From the NCBI RefSeq assembly GCF_033153115.1, contig NW_026889805.1, forward strand, positions 3,410,001 through 3,474,000: a DNA stretch of 64,000 bases, in the 5' to 3' direction. A model generated the notes under the pieces. That model searched no databases, was not told the DNA's origin, and saw only the letters and a list, made by a program, of their open reading frames with translations. The position numbers and the translations under genes were made by a program. Every line of letters starts with the position of its first letter. Position 1 is the first letter of the stretch. Origin of the DNA: Saccostrea echinata (taxonomy: Eukaryota). This document shows, piece by piece, positions 14,701 through 26,700 of this stretch.

Positions 14701-17700
14701 ATACAATATTAGTACAAATCCAACTGCCTAATAAGTGTACAGCCATCAGTCCAAATCCCATACCCCATTAAGTATTAGTTTAAATTCAGTACCCTTATAG
14801 AGTTTACAGCCATACTGATTTAGCAAAAGTACCATCTGATTAAATGTTCAATTTACTCTTTTTTCTATCAAAAATGATAAAAAATGCAGCAACTTGCATC
14901 ATAAATATATATATATTGTGCATATGTCACCTTTATGTATGTAAACTTTTACTGTCCATCAGTTCCATAACCCAGCTTCATTTAACTTGTTTTAAACATT
15001 CATTATTTAAGGGGGATTTTCTTTTTATTTTTAATTCATGCAAAATAAAAAAAAAAAAAAAAAAATAAAGGACAGGGTGAACAGATTCTGGAAATTTTGC
15101 TCAAAACAAGGAGACATCATGCTTAAAGATTTTAAAAATAAAAATATTGAAAATAAAAGAATCTTCATGCTATATTTGAATTATGAATTTATAAAATATA
15201 TCTTTAAAAAAAATGTCCATAGCAACTTTTTAAAATTCATTTACTGTACAAATGGCCTCATCACACTCTTCCCTTAACCATCCTGTACTAACTCGAGTTA
15301 AAACAACATGTACTAACCCCGATTCTAAACATTTGTACAGTGAAATGAAAACCGACTATCATAGAGTGTACGACCTAACCCAAATCGCCACACTATGACA
15401 ATCACACGGGTTATGCCAAATTCAATCAAGAAGACACATGCGTTTGATATGAATTCACCTTTTAACGCGACGTTGTTTAATTCTGCCTTTCTGGTCTTGC
15501 CGACCCTTTAAACTTTCAGATCTACTGATCTCAGTTGATTTCCTATAATAAGGTCAACAAAGGAAAATCATCCACATCAAATAAGGAAGCTGATTGCTTC
15601 TACTTTTCTAATGCTGATTATTGGAGAAAGCTCTGATAGACAGCCAGTTCAAATTGATAGATCTTATACTTTTACTTTGAAAAAATTGAATGTAACTTTT
15701 CTCTGAATGAAAATATGTACAGTTCTTTAAATGATACTGGGTTAGATGTAGCACATGTACATATATACAGATACTTTTATATAATTTATATGTTTACATT
15801 TTATACTTTGTCAAGCCAGTTTTTGTAATAAGAACCACAGCATTATTCAAATCCCTAAATGTTACAGGCACCAACCTAATACACAGCAAATCACTTATAG
15901 GTAAGACCAAATTTTCTCTTCCCAATTTTAACTTTCTTTTTCCCCAAAAAATTATCTTTGCACTTTTTTAATCAAGACTTTAATGATACTGTATGTTAGA
16001 TTACATCATCTGAAGACTGCAGGAGGAAGAAAACTTGCACTGGCTGTGCAGAATATTAGAGAATATTAGACTACCACCAGAGGATACACACAGGAAAGCT
16101 CAGTGTCTACTTCTCCTTCCTAACATTAAAAACGAGAAAACTGACTTAAGTTCTCCTGAGCTTTCCTGGTAATTCTGAAGCAGTACTACATTGATATATG
16201 ATACATGGCTATGTGATATAAATAGCTCTGTCTAAGCAGCGGATCAAGACAATGTCTATTTTTATCTCTTATATAGCAGTTACTAGCATCCCAATTCACA
16301 AAGCATCTTTACAAAATATCTTGTCCTCTATAAAGCTGTATGTGTCTGTGCATCATGTGCTGCTTTTTTGTTTATACTTGTTTAACATGCTAATGATGAC
16401 CTCTTGATTACAGAATGAGGTCACAGTGACCTACTTATTGGCCATGTCCTCGACACTAGGACTCTTCTTACGGTCACTCGGTGCATCAGGGTTTCCATTG
16501 TCATATCTTTTAATCAAGGAATTTACTGAATGCATTGGTGTTACTGAAATGATAAAAAAAAAAAAAAAAAATGTGAATTTTCATTTTTTTCTTAATCTAA
16601 GCCTGTAGAAATGGAAATCAAACTTTATACATGCTATAGTATAACAATTTTATCAAACTTTATACACGCAATAGTATAACAATAATCCATGAATGGATGG
16701 TTGATCAAGGGATTTTGCATGGATTTTAGCACCATAAAAATCCCTGCGAGTAATTTAATTTTGCGAGTGTTGTTTCTTATGAAATTACATGACAATTAAT
16801 TCCTCGTCTATATTTAGGAATCTACAGTATAGGACATAATTCTTTCACCCTCATGAAGAATAAATTCAGTCTATCATCATAACACAACAACATCTAAATT
16901 TGTAAATTTATAAGAAGCTTTTCCATTGGTTCTTGAGTTACCTTTATCTTCCTCTCGCTCATCCTTAAAGGGCTGTATGTTAAACGTTGTGGGATTGGCT
17001 GGACTCGGACTGGGAGCCTCTGAGGTTGAGGGGACTGAAACAACAGTATCCAATAGAACACAGATAATAACAGAACAATGTATAACTAACAGCTAGCAGT
17101 GCATTTTCAAGGGGATGCAAATGCAGTTAGTCTTCAAGACAGAGAAATATAGGAAATATGATGTCATTTAAAATGTGCTCATTATTCTTAAATAAAGAAT
17201 AAGAAAACAAAGTGAAATATTTCTTATAGTAAAATGTTCTTGCATACAATTATCTTCATGCTAAAATGACTATTTCAAGATGTAGTACACGTACTTATTT
17301 TATCAAATGTACATGCTAAAAAAAGTGTGGAGGGACATCAGTACCTAATAAAGTTTGAGATCCCCCAATATACTTCATGTACATTGCATTCTAAAATGTA
17401 TGTGCATGATGGAAAATACACCGTATAAGTGGAATTTTTAGCGAGATGCAAATTTAGCAATTTGTCCTTAAAAATCATAATCTAATTATAGCGAGAAGTA
17501 ATTTTAGCGATTTTATGGTGCAGAGAACAATATCGTTAACCTCTTATGCAGAATAAATTGTTAGCAAAATTTAATTTTTGCAATCTCAGCACCCTCGCTA
17601 AAAATGCAAAAATTGAATCCTCACTAAAATTTCTGCTTATACAATATTACCATCAATTTTCTTAATGATTCAAAAGTCTCCTTCATAAATAATAAACATG

Positions 17701-20700
17701 CTTGTCAAGTTATTCAAATATATTCTTCATTCCTGCCTTTGTAGATGCACACCTCTCATCGTTAGATAATGTTAAATACAGTTAAAATACAATCCTGCAA
17801 CCTATCTAAATGTTTTTTGTCAGACAAAGAATTATAAGAGGGCTATATATTATATGTAGGTACTGAATGTGAAGCGTTATGGAAATACATGTACATGTTC
17901 ATATCTGATGGCTCAGGCAAAACATTCAACCAAATGCAAAAATTACCTGTCAAAGCCAATGGCACATGGAAAACTTGTTAAGATAAAAGCAGAATATACA
18001 TTAGGGGCATTGTTAGTCATTTACATCAAATTTATGTTTGTTAATAAGCGCCATAATATTTTTTGTTAGAAAATCTACATGTATGTAAAATGTTTATTGT
18101 GTCTAAGACAGATGAATTCCATAATAGTGATATCCTTGATAAACTACACTACTCTCTGGAATGTGTTAAACAACTACATTATTGAATGGTCAGCATTCAA
18201 ATAAACACACGATAGTGAACATCAATACAATGGTGAACATGAACACAATGGTGAACATGAACACTATGGTGAACATGAACTCAGTGGTGAACATTTTTTT
18301 TTCAATCTACTGAAAACACAATCAGAGACTGACAGGTATAGTGTCAGTCTAATACCTAGAGTACATCTGTTTATGAGATTAACAATACAGACTGTGCAGT
18401 ATACATTTCTACAAGAGTGGATGTTGAATATCTAGTGATACCTGCTGGCCAAAGCTCTGGTAAAATGAGCTTCACGACTCCATGACTACCTATTCATGTA
18501 TACAACAGGGCATTTCACTACACAAAACATGCACATCATGCCTCTAACTTAATCTCCCTAGCCATTTTTTTTAACATGCAAAGAAAATGAAATAATAAGC
18601 AGTTACATTGTTATAAAATTATAGTCTGTTGTTACAAAAAAAAGTATTTAGGGGGAAAAAAGGCTAAAGATTCTGGCTTCGATGAAGTATTTACCACTGA
18701 TCAGAGTGATCATCTGAATCTTATCAGTGGTTTACTTCATGCATTAGGAGGATATAATCCTAAAGCTTAAAGTCTGTAGTCATGTACTACGTACCTGATC
18801 GACTTAGCATTTGTTCTATACTAGAACTGGAATGTCTGTCTACAAGAGGTGCTACACAATCAGTATTTTATAATTTGGCAGTATTCTTGCATTCAAAAAT
18901 GAGGTTGTTATTGACAAATTTTGTCTTTGAGAGATATAACCCCTTTCCAAGTAGAAGTTTCCCAGCGTGGGCAGTTTTATACACTAACTCCACTCATCAG
19001 GCTGGGATAAGCATTAAGAGGTGGCAACCTACCTGCTTGTGGTCTTGGAATATTGAACACAGATGAATGAGGACGTGGACGCTTTTTCTTAGGACACTGA
19101 TCCTCCAGACTGTCTAAACAATATTTGTGTATCCACTGCTCACAGTCTGAAAGTACATGTAAACCGATACATTCTTCACACATTCAAGAAATACAGTTAG
19201 AACTCCTCAACTTGTTTGTGCTTGTGGTTATTGATATATGAAACCAAAGGGAAACATTAGGTTATAAAAGCTTTACATTTCTATATACTACACAAAAATC
19301 CTTGATCTTATACATGTATGTTTCCTGACCCCTATAACTTACTAGAGCACTGGTAGCCCTGGATTCCCACACCCCATATCAGCTCTCTACAGTGTATACA
19401 GTTCTCAACCCGAGAAAAATGCTGAGGCTGGAAACTGTGTCCCTTCTGGGTCTGAAATATACAAGAATTCTAAATATCATGTTTTTTCCCCCTAAAATTG
19501 GCTGAATTTTTCACATTTTATGCAGCAGGCATTATATCTTTAAGGAATGTTTTATATTGTATTCTACTGCTGTTCATACCCTCTTCCTCTGAATCAGAGG
19601 TTTCTTTTTATCTTTGGCCATAAAGCTCTGCACCCTCTCCATGGAGGAGTGCTTTTTGTCCATGATCCCATTGTGTCTGAGGAATGTTGCTACAGCCCAG
19701 GCAATGGCATGACTCTGGTCAGGCTTACTCTCCTCATCAGATTGTCTACAATTAACACTAGTCAATCAACAGTAACGCCAAATAAAAAATTAATAAGATT
19801 GGTTCTCAAGCCCCGCCGCATTTAAAATTTTTTCGGTAAAATTGATCAAAATATTCCGGAAATAGTTAGTTTGTCATGATAGGTTTTAAATTTAGAAGGC
19901 CCAGATCGCTATCATTAAAGCCTTTTTGAATACAAACTGAGATGTTATAAGATTCCGCTGAAAATAGACCTAGACTAGTGGAGTTAGAGAAACCAAACAT
20001 GTTTGCCGTTTTGGATTATCAGTCCTGGTACTGTAACTTGTGGCCCCAATATTTTGATGTCATGAAGCACAACTGGCAATAAAAGTTCCAACATATCTTT
20101 AAGAAATTACTCCAATTTGAGACTGTCAAGTTGGGTCTAGGTGATGGACTTTTCACTCCAACTTAGTCAAAGTACGAATTATGCAGTCCCGAGTTATGCA
20201 GATGAGACATTGTTTGGTAAATAAAAAATGGATTTGTTTGTCAGGGTGATGCTTTCACATAGTATCAATGAAACTATTCGTTTGTCTGGAAGTTATGATA
20301 AATTTAATCTAGTTTGAAAATACAGATCTATGCAATTCAGAGCAAAATTCAAAATGAAGTCAAAAACGTACATGTACGCAATGTCCTTTAAATGTCTATA
20401 TGATGACCTACAGAAAAACAGTATTACTGAACCCTATTTAGAAGATACTAAAATTAGAAATAACAAGAGAGTGTTAATATTCAACAAGATTCTGTATATG
20501 AACAAAATCATTTAGGCTTGAGCTAAATATACTCGTATGGATGTGAATTACACTACAGAATCTCAAAGCTTCAGATTTTACCAAGGCTCCACACATAAGT
20601 TGTTTGTTGGGCAAGCATTTCATGAGAAAGAACTTGTCTTGTTTGAATTAATTTTAGATTCCCTATTTCAAGTATTGCTCATTTTCCTGATGTTTGCTAC

Positions 20701-23700
20701 TGCTGTGGACTTTGTCAATGCAAGGAGACAATAATTGTACTATGTGTAACTTACGGTCAATGTAAGAAGAACTCAATTTTACTATAAGCTTTGTCAATTG
20801 CCAATGTATAGAGACAGTAATTGTACTCACAGGTACTTGCGGACAGGATCCCCCCCCCCCACCCCCCCCGACTCTGCATCTCGTAGGAATCCCACAATTT
20901 CTCCTTAAACAGCATTGCAGTCAGTGTGTTGAAAAAAAGGTAAACGCAACAGAAGTGCATAGAGAATATATTACTTATTATGACTACACCCGAGAGAGAT
21001 TATTACATCAGGCCAAAACTCTCTTGGACGTTATCTTATAAGTTATACATTTTTGGTGTACTTCCGTTGCGTTTACCTAAGGATTTTTCAACGCACCGAC
21101 TGCAATGCTGTTTAAGGATTAATTGTGGGATTCTTACGAGATGCAGAGTCAATCCGATAGCATGAACTAAGACAGAAATATATGTAGAGACAGTGTGAAC
21201 CGACATTTTAGGTTAAAATAAAATAAATATGTTTTTAAACCCAGAAAGACCAGTGGGGGTACCACGTAAACAAACCAGAGTGGCATACCTTTCTCTCTTA
21301 TAATGTATAGTGGGGTAATTTTGTGTGGAACGATTATTTTGGGGTTTTCACGATTTTTTCCTATGGTACACATGATGAATAAGTGCAATAAATATAATTT
21401 TTAAAAAAATGTCCAACAAGCCCCAGGTCAATGTAAGGAGACAATAATTGTACTATGTGTAACTTACGGGACTTTGTCAATGTAAGGAGACAGTAATTGT
21501 CTATGAGTAACTTATGGGACTTTGTCAATGTAAGAAGACAGTAATTGTACTATGTGTAACTTACGGGACTTTGTCAATGTAAGGAGACAGTAATTGTACT
21601 ATGTGTAACTTACGGGACTTTGTCAATGTAAGGAGACAGTACTTGTACTATATGTAACTTACGAGACTTTGTCAATGTAAGGAGACAGTAATTGTACTAT
21701 GTGTAACTTATGGGACTTTGTCAATGTAAAAAGACAGTAATTGTACTATGTGTAACCTATGGGACTTTGTCAATGTAAGAAGACAGTAATTGGACTTTGT
21801 CAATGTAAGGAGACAATAACTGTACTATGTGTAACTTACGGGACTTTGTCAATGTAAGAAGACAGTAATTGTACTATGTGTAACTTACGGGACTTTGTCA
21901 GTGTAAGGAGACAGTAATTGTACTATGTGTAACTTATGGGACTTTGTCAATGTAAGGAGACAATAACTGTACTATGTGTAACTTACGGGACTTTGTCAAT
22001 GTAAGGAGACAATAACTGTTCTATGTGTAACTTACGGGACTTTGTCAATGTAAGAAGACAGTATCTGTAATGCAACTTCTGCTTCTTCTTTCTGCCTCAT
22101 ATTGGATATACCAGTTATTAGCTGTAAACCATACATAGTGCCAAAACCTAAAAAAGAATCCAAAGGTTCTCATTTTCCTGCTAGTTTCATCAGAAATGGA
22201 GAAACTGCATTCTTCCTATGGCTGTTATTTTCAATCTCTGCTTTAGAAATGAGTTATCTCCCCCTTACCTAAGCCTAATTTACTGCAGAATCCCTGAAGG
22301 CTGTTGGAGATCTCTGTTTGAACAAAGTTACGAGCTCCATTAAACACCGTCCTTAATATGTCCTCTTTCTCGGAAGACTTACTATTGAATGTCTCATTAA
22401 TTCTCTCCACGAGGCCCTGGTCCACATTAACCTTTAGGGGCTAGAAACAAATCAGTATGTCAGCAAGAATCCATTCATTAAGAATTAACAGAGCTGTTTT
22501 CACAGCCGAAAAGACTAGGTATGAATAATATCAATAGATAAAATACCTTTACTTAATAATGTTACAAAGATACAGAAAACAAAAGACAACAGTAACTTAC
22601 TGCTCCATTTGCCAGAAATGTAGAGAAAATCTCGAATGCCCACTTCTGTAATTCCTTGATACCCCCTTTGGCTTGTTGGTACACATTTGTGGTTATATAA
22701 AATAACTGTTAACATAAGATTTCAATGTGAAAATTCATCTTTTATTCCTTTAATTTGTCTTTTCTCAGAAGTCAAAAATACTATGATGGATTCAAACTGT
22801 CTCTATAAATAGCTGGAAATATTCCTGCTTTATTAATATAAAATTTGAAGTTATTACCTGACTTTTACTTGATGAATAGAATTTTTATGTTTTATTAGGT
22901 AATTTAAGATAGATACAAACCAGAGCTGAGGGGGACTCATTCTGGAGGACAAAGTTCAGGAAGACAGACATGTGGGCTGGCTTAGTCTCCAGCTGATGTA
23001 GACTACTGAAAGGCCCACAGTCATCCAGCTATAAAACAACAACAACAACTGTAAACAAAGAGGCCCATAGTCATCATACAAAGGAAATAAGTGACCGTAA
23101 ACAGAGAGGACAGAATACAAATAAAGGTAAGGAATCACTGTGGTCCTTAACTAGATCTTCATGCACTATTCTGTAAGGAACAGTAAAATACAAATTAATT
23201 AAGCCTTGTATACATTACAGTATCAATGGGCAGAATAAAGGGAGACAATTTTTAATAGATTTATATCTGGATATGAAACAGTATAATAGATAATTGGAAT
23301 CGTAAGAAGACCTCTTACAATATACAGGTTGGGGTACTGAGGTATCCCTGGAATCAGATTACAAAGTGTACAGATGTAGTAGAAAGCTAATTATAATAAT
23401 ACATATGGTACTGAAGGACTATATGCCGCAGGCCCAACTATCTGCCCATCAAAGTTTGCAAGTTACACATAAATATAGCATATTACTTCTGTTTCTATGA
23501 TTTATAAAAATTCAAGACACTTTTCATTTTGAAATAAAGCAGAGAAATTATTTTTTTCTTTTCTTCAACATTTGGTTTCATAATATATCCATATTTTCTT
23601 TTTTAGAAAAACTGCTCTAGCTTTGATCACAATGAGTTCTATAAACAGATCTCCAATAAGAGAGCACATTTGTGACAAGTATATGATTTGTTGATTGCAA

Positions 23701-26700
23701 AGGGTTAAATTTGACTGCATAAAATAGTATACTTCCCTGAATTGGATAAATCAATGCATAAAAATATAACACCCCCAACCCCAAAACAAACTTCAATGAG
23801 ATATACAAAAACTGAAAACAATTAAACAATGTAAAATATAGAATTTAATTAAGCATTGAATTCTTATTTTTGGATGTCATCGGTCGTATAACAGCACCAG
23901 CTTAAGAAAAGGGGCAGAAAGTGGTCTTTGTTTCATAAAGTCCTTTGTTAAGTTGAACGTTTACACATGAATATAACCAATTCCCAGATGTATTTTGAAT
24001 ATGCCTGTACATACAATTTAATTTAGTACAAAGAATAATGTGCACTGTCATAGAAAAGTATCCTAAACTTTAATGGCATCATTTTACTACCATTTGATTT
24101 GCATAATTACAAATACAGTTGAACTTCAGTTTCTTGGACTAGTAATTAATATATGTCAAATATTAGGGATATGCTAGATTTAATACAGTGCTCCTATTTA
24201 TGATTAGTACATGTATCTTATTTTTTTATGGTCAGCCCCAGTGAGTTTTCCACATTCTCTACCCAGGTATGACTGTAGAAATGTATATGTATATCGATAT
24301 ATATTTTATAAATCTCTTCTACAAAAAATCTTTTTATTATTTTATCTTTAGTGCTTTATTAAGTGAGAAATTACTGACGCTTTAATTGTAGCAAAAGCAT
24401 ATTTAAATTTGCAATACAGCTGTAAGAAATACAAAGAAAAATTTGTGTACCATACACAGAATTTCTAGGGTGGTTTAAAAATAGCCAAAAATTTGGCTTA
24501 TTTCCTTTTTTTTCCCTTTTTATTAATATACTGGCTGCATTAAAAAAATTGCTATGAGTACTGATGACATGACGGGTGAGACAAGGAAGGCTTAGCATGG
24601 TTAAACCTCTAGCCACATGCTCTATTACAGCAGTGCATTAATAAATTGTTAACCTCGGCTTGAGATCTGGCATTTAAATAGGCAGTTGTTAACGATGATG
24701 ATCTCCCATTGACTGGTACCTGGATTAGGAAAAACAAACCAAATCATAAAAGAAACAAAAATAGAAAACTTAACACCACATCTCAACCCCATTATCATAT
24801 TTCAACTCTGTTATAGATACTGACAATAATATATATGAGGAACTAAGTTTAAAATTTAAATATAAATCAATATAAAAAGTTTTGATAGGTGATCTGGTTC
24901 CCTCTCCTGCATTTTCACTTTATACATTTCAATGTGTCCTTTATACATTTCAATGTGTCAATCTCAATATATAATCATACTTATTCTAAATAATGTCTTT
25001 ACTATGGAAAGCTGAGGCCTGTTCAACAGAGCGAACGTTTGCGAGCGCTCACGAACATTTCTATTGGAGGGATAAGGAATTTAGGCGAGCGTTCGCTCTG
25101 TTGAACAGGCCTCTGGTCTTGCATATCCAGTTCCTGACAATAAATACATATAAATGACATGGTGAAAGGGCTAGGGGACTTCTTAACAAAGTGGTCAAAA
25201 CATCAACAAAATGACGAGATATTTCAATGACATAACACAATCCATGCTATACAAGTTCTAAGTACCGGTACTAGTAAGAATTAGAATCAAAGTGAAACTA
25301 AATTCATCTACTGTGTCCACTCTAAATACATCATCCCAAAATAACTGCAACAGAATCTTTTATAAGTTGATCTAATTAAGCCTATCATCATTGAAATTCT
25401 AACATGTGACAGCACACTTTCCATATCTTGTATGGGGGCACATTTTCTGTTGCAATTATTCTGCAGTTATAACATATTCTTCGTTAAAATGAATTGGTCA
25501 AGTGTGCATTTTAATTGTGCATTACATCTCTGATACTATTTTCTATGTAAGATGAGTACATATCTAAAAGCCAATCTTCAGAAATAATTTTGAGAACACT
25601 ATAAATTTTACAGACATATAGGTTATACAAGCTTTAGATCATGCATACAAAACTAGTATTTATTTTGGAAGTTCTTTCCCTTTGATCGTTCTGTGATCAT
25701 CGCAATTTTAACTACCTTGTTTTGCATATCTTCATCTGAGTTGAATTCGTCCTCCTCTGCTGCAATGATTGGCATCTGTTGTTGACCAATAGAAGCCTGA
25801 CTTGTCTGACTTACTTCCTAAACAACAAACAACAGCATTACAAAAGCTGACCTTCTCATAATGAAAAAAGAGTATTATGATTTTATCATTCTGAATGCTG
25901 GAGTGGTTGCTTTTTTATAGTTTTTTTTCCAAGTCTTTATCACTTCATTTAACCTAAAGCAATGACTTTCCAAAAATATTTATCATCTTATACTTAAAAT
26001 AAAAAAAAATTAAAATGAACTCACATCATACTCCAGGTCTTTCTTGTGGACGGATTGTGTGTCTTCTAAGTTGTTGGGGTGGGTTGGGGTGGGAGAAGGA
26101 GGAGGGGAGGTGTTAGGGGAATCGGACACACTGCTACCATCAGAAACTGGACCGGTTGTTCCCTGAAATTTACAAGCACAGGTTTAATAAAACACATAAA
26201 ACAAGATAAAGGTATGTGCATTTAACAGATTGATATGCATAACAAAAACTGACCTTTATATGTAAAAATATTGCAATTACTTAGATCTCAATGTGGTATC
26301 ATTTATAAATTCAAACTTTTTTACAAATAAAGAGTAAAACAGTGCTTTCCTTTTCATGACAAAAAAGTGTAAGCATGCTAGCTGAGAGTTTGATCAATAT
26401 CTAGTTTCATGCTTTAATTTTGCTTAGCTCCCCCCTACATATTATTATCCTTTGAGTAAAAAGATCAGATGTGCATTTGAAGTATAGAAGATTTATTTAA
26501 CTCAAATATAATTGAAAAGCAATTCTGAAAAAAAAAAACTTTTTTGATAAAGAAACATGAAGTTTTTCAAACAGAAAACCATGTCCTCTACTGTCAAACT
26601 TTTCAAATCCAGAATGATTTTAACACAGTGTAAAAACTATAAGCTCATCTCGACATCTAGAAGTGTTTAAAACAAATCTTTAAATAGATGTAGCAATTAG

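Noticed and set aside
18682-18740. Similarity of the hairpin arm to mollusc miR-1992 (shared UACCACUGAU, from memory)
   Set aside because: The seed region differs, so no miRNA name is assigned.
19790-20392. Probable DNA transposon remnant ending atgtccttTAA
   Set aside because: Could not locate a matching left terminus or TSD, so it is not annotated.
21427-22062. CRISPR-like appearance of the regular repeats
   Set aside because: Units are contiguous with no unique spacers, the context is a eukaryotic intron, and no cas genes are present.
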